Below are positions 35,771 through 49,230 of a DNA stretch of 64,000 bases, in pieces. Numbering within the stretch: the first letter of the stretch is position 1; every line of letters starts with the position of its first letter. The notes beneath the pieces were generated by a model. The model was not told where the DNA came from. It saw nothing but the letters and a program-made list of their open reading frames with translations, and made no database searches. The position numbers were made by a program, and so were the translations under genes. Origin of the DNA: Ptychomitrium polyphyllum (taxonomy: Eukaryota); the NCBI GenBank assembly GCA_973851085.1, contig OZ316775.1, positions 1,488,001 through 1,552,000 on the forward strand, written 5' to 3'.

Positions 35771-37136
35771 CGTGCCAACCTCCGATCTCGATCGACAGTG
35801 TCTTCAATTTGCCAACCCAGCCACAACGCTAGCTTCCTTCACAACCTTCATCCTCTTCTCTTCTCTTCTCTCTTCTCGTCTATCTCACTATCACCATCAC
35901 CATCACCATCGTACCTCACAGAACAAACCCTAATGCCTTCAACCCAGAGAAACGCGCTTTCACCACTTCGCCACTATTCCACCAACGACGAACTCCACAC
36001 AGCAATCTGGCGCAGACCAGAGCACATGTGCACAGATCTAACGCTGAAAGGAGAATCGATCAATCCAGAACAGCAATGAGCTGAATGTGTGAGTTACAGT
36101 GGTGTGCCAAAACTCTTTCCTCTCCCCAATAATATCCAAGCTTCTTCGGAGTGCGTGCCCAGGTGGTGAAACTCACGTGGTGAAGAGAATCATTCGAGAT
36201 TGACTGGGTGTTGGCCGAGCGGTTTCACAGCCAGATTTCTAATGTTACAAATACCGGTATTAGGTCAAGTTGCCAATTTTCATTTATTGTGAGATCGACG
36301 CCCAGGGTCACAATCCCGGCAACCATGCTTTGATGGTTCAAGATGCTTCGTGCCATGTCATTCTGCTATTTTGTGCGCAAGGGATAAGTGTGTTGGCTTT
36401 GTATGAGTGGGCTTTTTCATGGCGATGGGAAGATTCGTGTTCTATTTCGAAAGGGATATTGACTATAGTTGAATTTGTAGCATTGGCATTGTAGCAATCC
36501 AGGAGGGAGAATCATTGAGGGTATAGACATATGTTTCTTCAATCATCCAAGTTCGACTGTAGCAGCAGCCTCATGAAATTCAAATTTTCTGTGTATCACA
36601 TGCTTAAAAAAACAACGTTGCAGAGTCTGTTATAAAAACTTCATTGCAGCCAAAATGTGATTTTTATTTGCTAACCCAGTCCAGCCACAAATACAGCATA
36701 ATTATTCAGGGTTTGGTCTTCACAGCCACGACCTCAAATGACAAAATTTGAGAGGGCACAAAAAATGGCCGCATGGATTAACTCTCCTTCAGTACCCTGT
36801 CTGAACATCTGTTTACAGAAAAGACCTCTATAGACCCAAAATCTCGTCACAATAAGTGACTGATATAACACTAAGATGCTTCTCATCCTAGAACACCAGG
36901 CGTGTGACTAAAGCAGACCTCTTGGAAGAGGCTACAAACTGTATGACATCGTTGCTTGCTTGGGTAACAGCTACTAAAATCCTGGACAAGCGGCCCAAAT
37001 GCATTGGCATATGCAGCTCACTGAACTGGTGCTTAGAGTGTATGTTCGTCTTTTCAAATAGAATTAGAACACAAAGCAAGCCAGCATTCTCCCATCACCA
37101 ATTTGAGATAGTTTTAATGGTCTGAGAATGTCGTCA

Positions 37137-40100
37137 TTAATGTCGGAAGTGGCGTACTTCAGTAAAAAGCATAGACACTCCATACTTGTTGCAGCAGTCA
37201 ATAGCGTCCTGGTCACGCATGCTACCACCAGGCTGGGCAATGACCTTCACACCTGCCTTGCAAGCATCTTCAACAGCGTCATTCCAGGCGAATGGGAAGA
37301 ACGCATCACTGGCTAAGGCAGCTCCTTTCGCTTCTTCTCCGGCTTTCTCCAACGCAATTTGCAAACTCTTGACTCGGTTTGGCTGGCCGCTTCCCATCCC
37401 CAACATCCGGTTATCCTGAAAATGATCAAATGTCAATATAAGCATCAATAAGAAACCTTACAGACATTGTTACGACAAAGTCACAAAAAGCAAAATAATG
37501 ATGATTAATGTAGCAAGTAATGGAGAGCCCTGATAGCACCGCTAATTTTAACGCTACACCATGTTGTTAGCAATAGCAGGGATGAAGAATTTTCAGAAAA
37601 AAGAGGGAAAAACTGATTTCAAGCATACCTTTGCCACAACAATAGCGTTGCTCTTGACATGCTTGCAGCAGAGCCAGGCAAATTGTGCATCATCCACAAG
37701 CTCCAAGGTTGGCACCTTGCTTGTTACAACTCTGAATCCAAGGTCTTCAGGTGTCTTGTCATCAGAATCCTGGAGCAACCAACCACCCCCAATTTGTCGC
37801 AATGATCGTCGACCCTTTTTAGTGTGTTCAGCCTTCAGAATACGCAGGGTCTTTGATTTTCCTTTCAGTATCTCCAAGCCCTTCTCCGTGTAGCTAGGAG
37901 CCACCATAATTTCATAAAACATTCGAGTTTCACCATCCGTAGGACTACGGAACTCCCGAATCTCCCGTGCAAGGGTCTACAAAAGCATACAGGGCGTGTG
38001 GTTATGAAAACGCAACACTAGTATACAGCCATGAAAATTGGAAACGACACTTTAGTAAGCAGCCTGGAATAAGTGTACTGAGATCCCACAACTCTTACCT
38101 CGTCTACTTCCACGTTGAAAGCAACAATACCTCCAAATGCACTAACAGGATCAGCCCTCACTGCAAGACGGTAAGCTTCCAGAAGGCCTTGATTTGGTCC
38201 AACGGAGGCAACGCCACAGGGATTCGTGTGCTTCACCACTACACATGTAGGATTGTTGAACTCACATACACAATTCCAGGCCGCATCAGCATCCAAATAG
38301 TTGTTGTATGACATTTCCTGCAGATTAAAAATAGTTTAGAATTTCCTTTTTGAATACCTAATTCTCAAAGCAACCATGATGCGAGCGAAGACAGTTCTCC
38401 AAAGTTCAAATGTAGAATCGTAAAAAAGAAAAGCACACCAACTCCTGCGGTGCTCACCTTGCCATGGTATTGCACTGCGGTGGCAATGCCTCCTGCCCCG
38501 AATTCACAGAGTGATTTGTCTTCATAGAAAGCAGCCTTCTGGTGTGGGTTTTCACCGTACCTCAACTTGGATTTAAGAGTCAGAGGTACTGTCAAACTAG
38601 GTGGAAATTCAGTCGTTTCCTCTGAAAGAGTGCCAACAGGATCCTTAAATATAAAGATCACAGACCAACAACATATGACATTTTACTTCTAGCCTACATG
38701 TAACTCCAAATTAGGCAAAGACAAGGATGTTACCATAAACGTTTGGCTAACCTCTAACCTCACATCATGATTTACAACTAAGCAGCGGTAAAAAACAATC
38801 AACATACCACCATCTCGCTGATGCTTCCATAGCCACTCGGCTACAGCTGAATCGTAGGATGAGGCGTGCTGGAAAGCTTTCCATGCCAACCTTCTCCGGA
38901 AGCTATTGTCACCATCATCACCGCTCTGCAACTTTGCTAGTACTTCTGAGTAATCGTCGGGATCAACTACCACCATCACATCCTTGTGATTCTGTAACAA
39001 CAATCAGTATACATTTCTCAGTTCTGAACTATTATCCGTAAGAAACGCTCCACAAACAGTAATATATATTCCAGACATCTAGAAGCAATAAAGGAATAAC
39101 AATCGGTATTGCAAAGAACTGGCGATCCAGTGACTCACCAGATATGGCACGATTGTGGACTTAATCGCGACATACCCCAAGACACAAGACCTACCATACC
39201 TTAGCGGCAGCTCGAATCATGGACGGGCCTCCAATGTCAATGTTCTCCACCCCTGTCTCGAAGTCTACACTTGAGGATGTCACAGTGCTGTAAAACGGGT
39301 AGAGGTTCACAACCACCACATCGATAGTTCCTAAAAAATAGGGAAAAAACAACACACAAAATGTTAACAAGCATACCACGATCACGAACTCGTTTCATTG
39401 CTACAAGACCCTGAAGCAAATCAGAAAGGATCTTCAGCTATTCTCAGTGCAGAGTAGACCTACAAGCCCAGTAAGAACATCAATCCAATCCTCAACCGAC
39501 GAGGACTATCAATATCTACATTTAATTCAAGCTGATAAAGTGCTCACCAATTCCATGCTGCTGAAGTGCATCCATGTGAGGCTGCATGTCTCGCCTTGCC
39601 AAGATGCCGCCATGAACTGCCGGGTGCAATGTCTTCACACGCCCATCAAGCTATTGGCAGAGCATATTATAGAAGAAGATCAGCTCAAGGTGTCATGTAC
39701 TTAAAAGCTATTTTTTTGATATCTATTCATTTAAACTAATCCGAGAACAAAAGCCCCGCCACGAAGGAAGCGTCTGAGTGCAGTAGGTTCCTTTACAATG
39801 AAGGCTTTCCCTCACAAACCCATATCTATCAAGACCCAATAATTCAGAACCATATAAATGATGTAACAGATGACATTGTCCATGTTGGAAGAGGGGCGAA
39901 TATTCCCAAACGCCCTGAACTAGGCTTACAAGATAAAAAGCATCAAAGTTGCTTACCATTTCCGGAAATGAAGTCAGTTCTTCGACCCTTGTAACAGAGT
40001 ACCCTGCCTTCTCAAGAGCTGCAGCAGTACCGCCTGTTGACACCAATTTGTATCTGCAAGCAACAAAAACTAAACATCACTCCATGCAATTCACTCCAAA

Positions 40101-40870
40101 GCTACAGGTACCAATGAACTTCCACAAAGGAACTTCCAACTCCTAATGAACTCATCCAATCTCAAATGCAAAAGCACCCGATGCTAAGCAGTGAGATGAA
40201 GCAGGCTATAGGGTTGCCCAAAGCTCACCCAAGGTCGCCAAGCCCCTTCGCAAGCAATTCAAGGTTCCGCTTGTCAGAAAGCGAAATGAGTGCCTGCTTC
40301 ACTCCTGCCAAAACAAAAATACCACAAACCAATCAAAACTACGCTAAAACCAATCAAAACAATAAAACCAATCAACGCCATCGAAGAAACCAAAACACAC
40401 CTGCACACACAGAATTCACTACAGCAAAGGCCACTTTCACTGAGACAACGCAACGACAATCTCCACCAAGTTCACAACCTCGCCCCATCGGAAACCCAAC
40501 TACAATCGAAGCACATGAACAACAATTCAGATAAACCCATCAGCTGAGCGAGCGAGCGAGCGAGCTCACCCTGGCTGGTGGCGCCCTGGCTGGACGCGGA
40601 CGGCGAGAGGGCGGCGGAGGGCGACGCATTGGCAGTTCCCGACGCGGACGCGCGAGGTGCCGCGGCCTTCACAGAGGACGCCGAGGAGAGGCGCTGCTTA
40701 GCAGAGAGCAGGTCCCGGGCGCCTCCGACGTGGGAGCTCCGCGACGCAGCCATGAGGAGAGCACGGCGCGGCTGCGCGTGAGGGGCTTGGGGAGACACAG
40801 AGTGCGAGGCGCAGGAGAGCGAGAGGGTGGAGAGCGAAGTGGCGAGCCTGAAAGTGGCGGCCATCGCCAT
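37137..40870 (-). CDS. purH: Bifunctional AICAR transformylase / IMP cyclohydrolase with an organellar transit peptide; 10 exons
   Basis: Motifs [141 protein letters not shown] and RHFRH*. Confidence 0.97.
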
Positions 40871-41185
40871 GGCTCGCTCTGCCTTGTGGGCTGTGGGTTG
40901 CAGAAACTGGGCTGGGCGGGCGTGGGTTTGGGCTTGGGTTTGGACTGCAAGGACAGAACGACCAAAGGGCCCTTCCTCTTCTGCCTCAGGGTATCCGTCA
41001 GTCACTCTCTCTCTCTTCTCTCTGCTGTGAGTTCCCCACTCTCTGTGCCACTTGATCCGTCTCCTGCCTCTCTGTCTGTCTCTCTCGCATGAACTAATAT
41101 TCCCTCATGAATTCTGCTGTGAATCAATGCTCAAGTGATGCGTGATGGCCCCTACTGACGCGGTCCTTGCAACCAACCCTGGATT

Positions 41186-41201
41186 TTAGGGTTTAGGGTT
41201 T
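41186..41201 (-). promoter_or_regulatory. Tandem telo-box (TTAGGGTTTAGGGTTT) upstream of purH
   Basis: Two overlapping plant telomere-type repeats about 320 bp upstream of the purH ATG. Similar boxes occur near the starts of the CRAL-TRIO gene (28814), SCYL1 (35925) and EF1B (59374). Confidence 0.5.
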
Positions 41202-43839
41202 AAGCCCCCGCCGCTTCTCACGCCTCATTTCTAGGTTCGACTTTCATCTTCACTCTGCCTCTGCCCGTGTGACGCTCATTCAGTTCATCATCATTTCAAT
41301 CGCAACTTCATTCATTTTCTATAGCTTGATTGTTAATTCATTGGTGGAGGTGGTGACGAATCTAAAAACAATTGGATAAGCAAATTAGGTCTGCAGAGTA
41401 TCCGAGTTCAAGCTTTCCATTCAATAGACGTACAGTTTGAAGCATGGGATACATGCTTGCATAAGAAAATGCTAATTAAGTCATGTGTAAGTTAATCCAG
41501 CATGGTGAGTCAGTTGTGAAGGAGTTTAGAGTCATGAGGTTGGAGAATGATTCCCAGGAATGTGTGATTCTGATATGATAGAATGTACTGGCAGTATGCT
41601 GTGCTTACTATCTCTAGCGGAAGCTGTCATGATAAGAGCAAGGGCGAATCAAAGCAGGAACTCTGCTAGGGGAGCGACTCGATAAGAGCATATAGAATGA
41701 CATGGGTCAATTCTATCGGAACCAAGTATTTTTGTCTCCTCGGGTTTGCTGCGCAAGCAATCCACTGTTCTGCGGTACTGTATGTTCATATTGAGTTGAA
41801 TGATCGTGATTGCTGCTCGGGATGCGGGCCAAGTTGAATGTGGTCAAGCGGCCTTGTTTGACGAACTTCGTTTTCCGCAGCTTCAGATGATGCAGCTCTT
41901 ACAAGTGTAAATTTTATCTCTGTCCATCACGTGTGGCAGCGTCTGGTTTGATGGACTTTTTTAGTAAGGTTATGGATAAAGGTTGCGCTACAGTGATTGC
42001 GGGTACATCGATTTGAATTTGTGGGAGTTAGTTGGAGCTGACAGACGCTCCTCCCTGTCAACGGTAGTGGGAGCTATGAGCTGTCGTAAAGAGTTTGGTG
42101 ACGCCAGAGCTGGACAATCAAGAATCTTTCGAGCTCCATATCAATTCTGATTCTTGAATGCGGTGCTTGTTAAATGCTAGAGTCGAGATTTCCGGCAATT
42201 CTTTCCTTGAATAAATTTTAACTATATGAGCATTTAAGAACTCCGTTGATGCTAAGGATGATGCTTAACGTTGCGATGAAAAAACCACACGGAGCAGTTT
42301 CGGTACTGTCACCGTGAAGCTGCGAAGAATTTGAAATGAGGTGACCCAGGAAAGCATGTAACGGTGCAGCAAGTGGGAGCGGCATTTGTGACCTAATCTT
42401 ACACAATGTACGCAAGAACGCCACCTTCGGAAGATTGCCTTGCGACCGAACGCAAGAGCTCTTACTTCAGGGGCGTGCTCTGAATGATATTGTCCTATTG
42501 TTATTACATTTAGGGCAAGCCCGCCATTCATAGACTCTGGTGGTCAGCATTTTCGGGACAGTTGTGAAGGTGTAAGGTTCTAAAACCTTCTGTCTTCTCT
42601 GGACAGATTTTTGGCACATTTGAGTACAACCACACATCGAGGTGGCCAATCTTCAGTTACTGGAATGGCGCTTAAAACAATGCCTAAGCGATACAGCGGA
42701 CATCGATAGCCTCTTTGATGCAGTACGGTTTCCTACTGTTGTCTAATGTGCTAGCCCGTGTCACGAACATTTGGCAGAGATTAGTATCACTATGATCCTG
42801 AAAATGCGTGCATGCGCGACCAACGAACGTGTCTTTCTTCACACTTCTGGCTCAACTATGGTTATCAGGTATTGTGATTGTTTCTTATAACCAGAAATTG
42901 GACCTCTCTTCTTATGTGTGGACTGTGGAGATGATCTGTACTTCGCCCCCATTTCACTTGATTGGTGCTTCAAAACTCGTCCAGACTCCACAGCTAATTT
43001 GTAAGAACGTTAACTCATCTTCGTCGGTTGTATGCGTTACCAGATCAATAACTGAATGTAGTTATGAAACGATGCACTCACACGTGTTCAAAAGGCCAGA
43101 GGACAGTAACAGAAAGCATCAACTAGTAAGAGATACGAAGCGGGATTGAGGATCTTGCCCCACGCATCATCCGAATTGTTGTAACGACATTGAATTTGCA
43201 TCTAGGGACGGCTTCGCCCGTGGAGTAACCTAACCCTCGACCTACAACGGCAACTTCAGCACCGCGAGTACCAGTATCCTCTTCTACTGTGTCTTGAATA
43301 ACCCCTGAACGCCTGCCTCTACTCCGAACCAGTTATGCAGGAGTTCATGCTCGCTCCCTGGAAAAACACTGCAGTTCAGCCGCTATTGCAAGGCTCTTGC
43401 AAAGACGACAAGCATCGCCTTTCAGATTTCTCCAAGGGTGAGTTGTTGCTCGACGAATACAGACAGAAGACCTGTTTGATGGCAAAGGTTTGGCTGAAGA
43501 ATACCTGGTAATCTGCAGTTGTGAAAGAGAAATATCCAGTTGATGACTTATTCTCCGCGTCTGCTTTGCTTTTGTCTAAATTCTGAGTTCGAAGAGCTTA
43601 ACGAGTTTGACACTACTATCTCAGCAACCGTGTTAGAATTGGTTTAGATGAAGTTATTTCCAGATAAGTTTGAAATTTCTTCCACGACCTAAACCTTGGA
43701 ACCATCTTGTGCATGTATTGTCTAGTTTGATTTGCCGAATTTTCTCAGCTGTGTACTGAAGTTGGGCAGTTAAGTCGTGGCAGGAAAGATACTCTCTGTT
43801 TGAAACAAGGAGAAAGAAGCAACAACCATTTGTGTCACG

Positions 43840-46800
43840 ATGGGGCAGCGTGCAGTGACAATATGGACTTTACTTCTCGTCATTCTGTTCATGATGTTAC
43901 CTCAGGGTACAACAGCAGTGATAAGGAGAATTTTTTTCCCTGGGAATATCATGCTAGACGACTTGGGTGACCAGATGCCGATCCTTGAAAATCATGCAAG
44001 TAAGAAGTACTGCACAGAGCCTTGCACGACGATGGTCCTGGAGGCCTCTGCGAAATGTCACAGCTGCGTTCTTGCTCATCCTCTGATTCCACAATATATG
44101 GAGATGATCGAGTGGCAGTTTGTTTCCGATATACTCATAGCGCTAGCATACTTCTCGATCCCTGTTGAGCTCCTGTTTTTCATCTATAAAGCACAGGTAT
44201 GAGGTAATATTTATTCTAACCAAGACAATCGTCAAATTGACATTTAACCTTCTGAAAACAAGCACAAGATCTTTGGTCGTGAGGATATCCATTTCTGGAA
44301 CAGCTGAGGGTTTTGCCAATTTCTTTACACATGTCCTGATCTTCTATGACAGATATCATATAATTTGGTGTGCAGGTCTTTCCCTACAAGTGGGTGGTGG
44401 CTGAGTTTGGTGCCTTTATTGTTCTCTGTGGACTCACGCATGTTATGAATATTTGGACTTTTGAAGCAAGTGCAGCAGATGCAACCCGAACTATGACGTT
44501 TTTCAAAGCGACCACTGCTTTTGTTTCCTGCGCTACAGCCATGACCCTCAGTTGGGTCATTCCTGAAATTTTAAGCGTGAAAAAGAATGAGCTTTATCTT
44601 GTTAAAAAGGTAAGCTCAATAATTTGTGTATTGTGAGATTCTGCTCCTTTCCATCCAAGGTAGTTTATGTCATCAGATTTGGAAATATGACTGAGATGAG
44701 GGCATACTATGACATCTGTAGACGCGTAAAGTTGCAGAATCTGAGAGATGTGTTTGTCAATGGAGGGGCTTCGTAGACTGCAGAACTAAACCAGAAAGTG
44801 GGAGTTATGAAGAAGAAAGAGGAGACAGGAACATACGTACGCATGCTGACGAGTGAAATTCGGAGTACACTCAACCGCCACACTATCCTGAAAACCACCC
44901 TCGAGGAGCTGGCTCAGACTCTGAAGCTCAATAATTGCAATATCTGGATGCCTAGTGAGAGTGGCGAAAGTTTTCAGCTCACTCACGATCTGGAGGAGAT
45001 GGCTGTTACGTCTGCAGTTCCTCACACCATCATCCCCCGATCTGACGAAGGCGTCCAATACGTAAGAAGTATTGATTGGCATATGGCGTCTCATCAATGA
45101 ATCGATCAAGTAGTGTTCATCATCTCATGAGGAGCAAAACTGGTGTCTTTAGTCTGGACAGAGCTCTAAGATTAGTTTGGAATATACTGTTTAGGATGTA
45201 CTTTTAGAGTACCTAGTTAGGTGCTAAAAGAGAGCGTGAATTGGTTTTTTGTGTGGTTGGTGTAGGCTCTAAGCCAGCAAGGAGCTGTACTTGTTCCTTC
45301 AGGTTCTCTTGTCGGAAGGAATAAATGTCCGGGAACGGAAGATTACAAATGGGAAGACCGTGTTGTGGCTGTGAGGCTTCCATATATGAGTACTTCAAAC
45401 TTTAAAGAGACCATAGATTTGGACCTTACGAATGGTCATCTTGATGCAGAATCGTCCTTGTATGCCTTGTTGGTTTTAGTCTTGCCTTGTGAGCCAGAAA
45501 GAAAATGGATGGACGATGAGTTGGATGTGGTTACAGCGATTGCAGGCCAGGTAATTGCTGCAGAACCAGTTCCTGAACAGTTGAAGGAATCAGAAATCTA
45601 TTTGCAAACGATTCCGGTCTACAATCTTATTTATGTGTGGACGTTCATGATTTCTTTTCTTTCCAAAATTTCTGCTGTTCATTTTTGCCCCAATTGTCAG
45701 TCTTCTTAAGTCATGGATACGTAGGAATTTTAGAGGGAGTTGATATACCATGTGTACTTTGTTTTCCATGATCGATTAGCTTATTTAGCATTACTCAAGG
45801 ACTATACCAAAGTTCTTTAATTTTAAAAGTATTTCCTGAAGCTAGTTTTTTTATGTTGTGATTCAGGTGGCCGTTGCACTTTCCCATGCAACAGTACTGG
45901 AGGAGTTGATGAAGTCACGGGACCAGCTGCTTTCTCAGAATTTGGCTCTTGTGAAGGCAAGGATGGAAGCAGAGGAAGCAGTAGCTGCCCGAAATGACTT
46001 TCTCGCTGTAATGAACCATGAGATGAGGACGCCCATGCATTCCCTTATAGCTCTCACTTCTATTCTCTTGAAAACAAATCTTGACGACGACCAACGCGCC
46101 ATGGTAGAAACCATGAGCAAGAGCAGTAGCCTCCTCTGTTCGTTGATCAACGACATTCTTGATTTCTCCAGGCTTGAAACGGGGGGACTTGCTCTAGATA
46201 TCAACATTTTCAATCTTCCCAGTCTCATGCGTGAGGTGGAAAATTTAGTTCGGCCTTTGGCGACTTCAAAGAAAATCGCCTTGACCATGTCCTTGCCGCG
46301 AGACCTTCCACAGGACGTCTTGGGAGACAGCAACCGCATTTTACAAGTCATGCTTAATGTGGTGAGCTTCTAGTTAACCATACGACACTAACGATTATTG
46401 TGTGACCATGTAAATCGGAATAGGAGTTGTACTTGACATGAAATGTATATAATATTGGCTTATTTTTAAAGAACTTGTTCATAAGTGCACAGAATTTGTT
46501 GTACAGATTGGAAATGCAATAAAGTTCACTTTGGAAGGAGAAGTTCGCGTTTCGGTAATGATGGGCGAAAAGGCTCCTACTATGACTCTCACCTCGAAAA
46601 GTGACCAACCACTGACACCTAGAAAAGTGTCGGTATACCGCTACTTGCATGTCGACATAATAGACTCTGGAATTGGCATCAAAGCCGTGGATGTGCCACG
46701 TTTGTTCAATAAGTTTGTCCAAGCTGATAGTAGCACTACTCGTAACTTCGGAGGCACCGGTTTGGGTCTTGCCATCTCCAGAAAATTTGTGGAGGTGCCA

Positions 46801-48173
46801 TTCATAACAAACCATTCAGCTTATACTCCCTTGCAAACCCTTCAACGTCTTGTGTATGCTTTGGCAGTCTAAATATCCGAACTGAGAATCGTCAAACATA
46901 TTCTACTTCACAAGGTAACAAACTGCCTGCATGCCCTTTGCATAAACATCGATTTCTGAAGCAAAACTACGTACAAGTGCTCCTGCAGTTGATGGGTGGG
47001 AAAGTATGGCTGGAGAGCGAGGGACTTGGAAAGGGAACAATATGCAAATTGTACATTGCTATTGGCATCCCTGATAGCGCGAAGCGATCACGTCCCAGCC
47101 CTCGAATAGACACGGCCTCTTTATCTGAATTGAAGAACTTAAAGGTTTATTTTCATTCCCTGACTTCACAAACCTCTATTGCAATCCAAAATGATTCATC
47201 TTCTCGAATGCTACCAAATATACTTTTCATTATAGAACATCCCTCTGATATACTTTCGTTTTCTTTTCCTCTGATTAAGCAATTTTGTACCGGAATGTCT
47301 ATGAACCATTGTTTAGCTTCTCGTCATGTTTGTGGAAGGTCATGGTTGTAGATGACAACCCCATCAATCGGATTGTCACACGGCGGCTACTCGACACTAT
47401 TGGATGTAAGTCAACAGTGTTGGATTCTGGTCAAAAGTGCTTGGACATCCTTGATGAGAAAGGACCCAGCGAGTTCCAAGTCATCCTTTTGGATCTATGC
47501 ATGCCTGAGGTGCGCCATTTTTTCACTTTTCATATTCAGAATACTTTTCAACAACCAGTGGTTTCAGTTAAATGAATGCTTAACATTGGTAACAAGTGAC
47601 GATGTTATCGTAGATCTGGAAAGGCATGTCGTGAGCCTGCTTGACAAGAAGAGAATGCAAGAAATTCACACTGCACGGGAAGTGTTTTGCACTCTGGTGG
47701 AACACGAAGTTTTCAATCCCACAGACTTTCAGATGAGACAGATCACTTCAGACTCTTGGTCTTTCAGATCGGAGATACTAATCACGGTCTGATGCTTGTA
47801 GATGGATGGGTTTACGGTTGCCACCGAGGTGAATAAAAGGTACGGAAGGGTCAAAAGGCCTGTCATTTCAGCACTCACTGCCAACTCCGATACAAAAACT
47901 CGACAGCGATGTTATGAAGTGGGCATGGATTACGTCCTAATGAAGCCCATCAACTTGGAGCTTTTGAAATCTGAATTGTCTAAACTAGTAGGTTTTCATG
48001 AAGAACTCAATTTTCATGATGAGCCAGTCGATTCTCCACCTCTATTAGTAAGTAGATCCATGGACGAAGCGGGATCAAGCAAAGAAATATCTCAGGACTT
48101 CCCTGCCCCTTATCTGCAGCTACCCCCAAGGAGAGAGCTGCACAACAAAAATCATAAAGAAGGTGATTCTTAA
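43840..48173 (+). CDS. ETR: Ethylene-receptor-like hybrid histidine kinase (ethylene-binding TM domain, GAF, HisKA, HATPase, receiver); about 9 coding exons
   Basis: Ethylene-binding domain [37 protein letters not shown] entry [25 protein letters not shown]-box [17 protein letters not shown]-box [11 protein letters not shown]1 DSGIGI; F-box LFNKF; G2 GGTGLGLAI; receiver [27 protein letters not shown]. All exons join in frame. Confidence 0.93.
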
Positions 48174-49230
48174 CAGAGGACCCTGTTCACGTTTTGATTA
48201 TTCTTTTTCTTTGAAGAACTTTAGAAACAGATACCGTAGGTAGCATTGATGATGAATCCGGATTACGGTCTCAATTGAAGGAATTCTCATGCGATCAAGG
48301 TTGTCAAGGTTGCGTCGCTGGTGGACCAGGTTGGTACTAGATTTTTCCGAACACAAATGCACCTGATGAATTAGTATTGAGGGTGGCTGTCACTTGACTT
48401 CAAACTTTTGGCTTACTCTAGAACACAGATATGTTACCACATAGCAGGAATGGTGCTTTAGTCTAGCAGAGTTCTTTTTAGCGTTATATGGGTCTCGAAG
48501 TACCTTTGCTTCAGACTTGACCATATCCGTTCTGATTAAGACGAATACTATTCATCTGGTTGCTCTGGCAGTTCTGAATATTTGTGAAAGTGTTTCGTAT
48601 GTGAATACCAACGTTCAACGGAGAGCTTGGCATCTCTAGTTACAAGGTCAGGATACGTCAAAGCGTAAGGCTTACTTTTTCAGACCTTGAGCAAGTGTTT
48701 CAGGGCTTTAAATGTTTGATGTAAAAGTATTCTTTAGCCTACTACCTAATGGCTAAGCTGGAGCAAATCATTAGTTTGCGTATTCTAGTGCAATGCGTGT
48801 AGTGATAATATACAAGCCATGTTTGTGTAGCCAGGTAACCTAAGGTTGACCAGGCCAAATTCCTACTTTGCCAGTTGTTGGTTTAAATCTCTTTGTATCG
48901 AGACGCATGCTGTGCACATCATCCTCTCACCTTTCTTATATCAATTCATGGATCAAGTCCAGTAGCTATTGAGGGTGGCAGTATATCTTCAATCCATGAT
49001 TTGTAAAGTCGGACTCTGCATAATGATGATGTGGATATTCGATGGCAGAGAAGCGGTCTACCACATCATCTTGTAACTGGTCGAATTCCAGAACAGGTTG
49101 AAGGGCCAGCAGAAGTGATTAGAGGGCCACCAGGTTTAGTGGTGAGCCACACAATAGATCCATCTTCAGCTACGGTAGACTCGGTTAAAGCTCGCGTAAC
49201 ACTTTTGTACAACAACTGGTGTCTTAAACT

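Noticed and set aside
34994..36079. 361-aa + strand ORF antisense to the SCYL1 5' region
   Set aside because: It crosses SCYL1 exons, introns and the 5'UTR, is Ser/Pro/Leu-rich without motifs, and is best explained as a chance antisense frame. It cannot be excluded without expression data.
29639..40870. Search for U12 (AT-AC) or GC-AG introns in SCYL1 and purH
   Set aside because: The junctions I traced could be explained with canonical GT-AG sites.
41500..43150. Short ORFs between purH and the ETR-like gene
   Set aside because: No recognisable domains or consistent exon chain; this is likely promoter or leader sequence.
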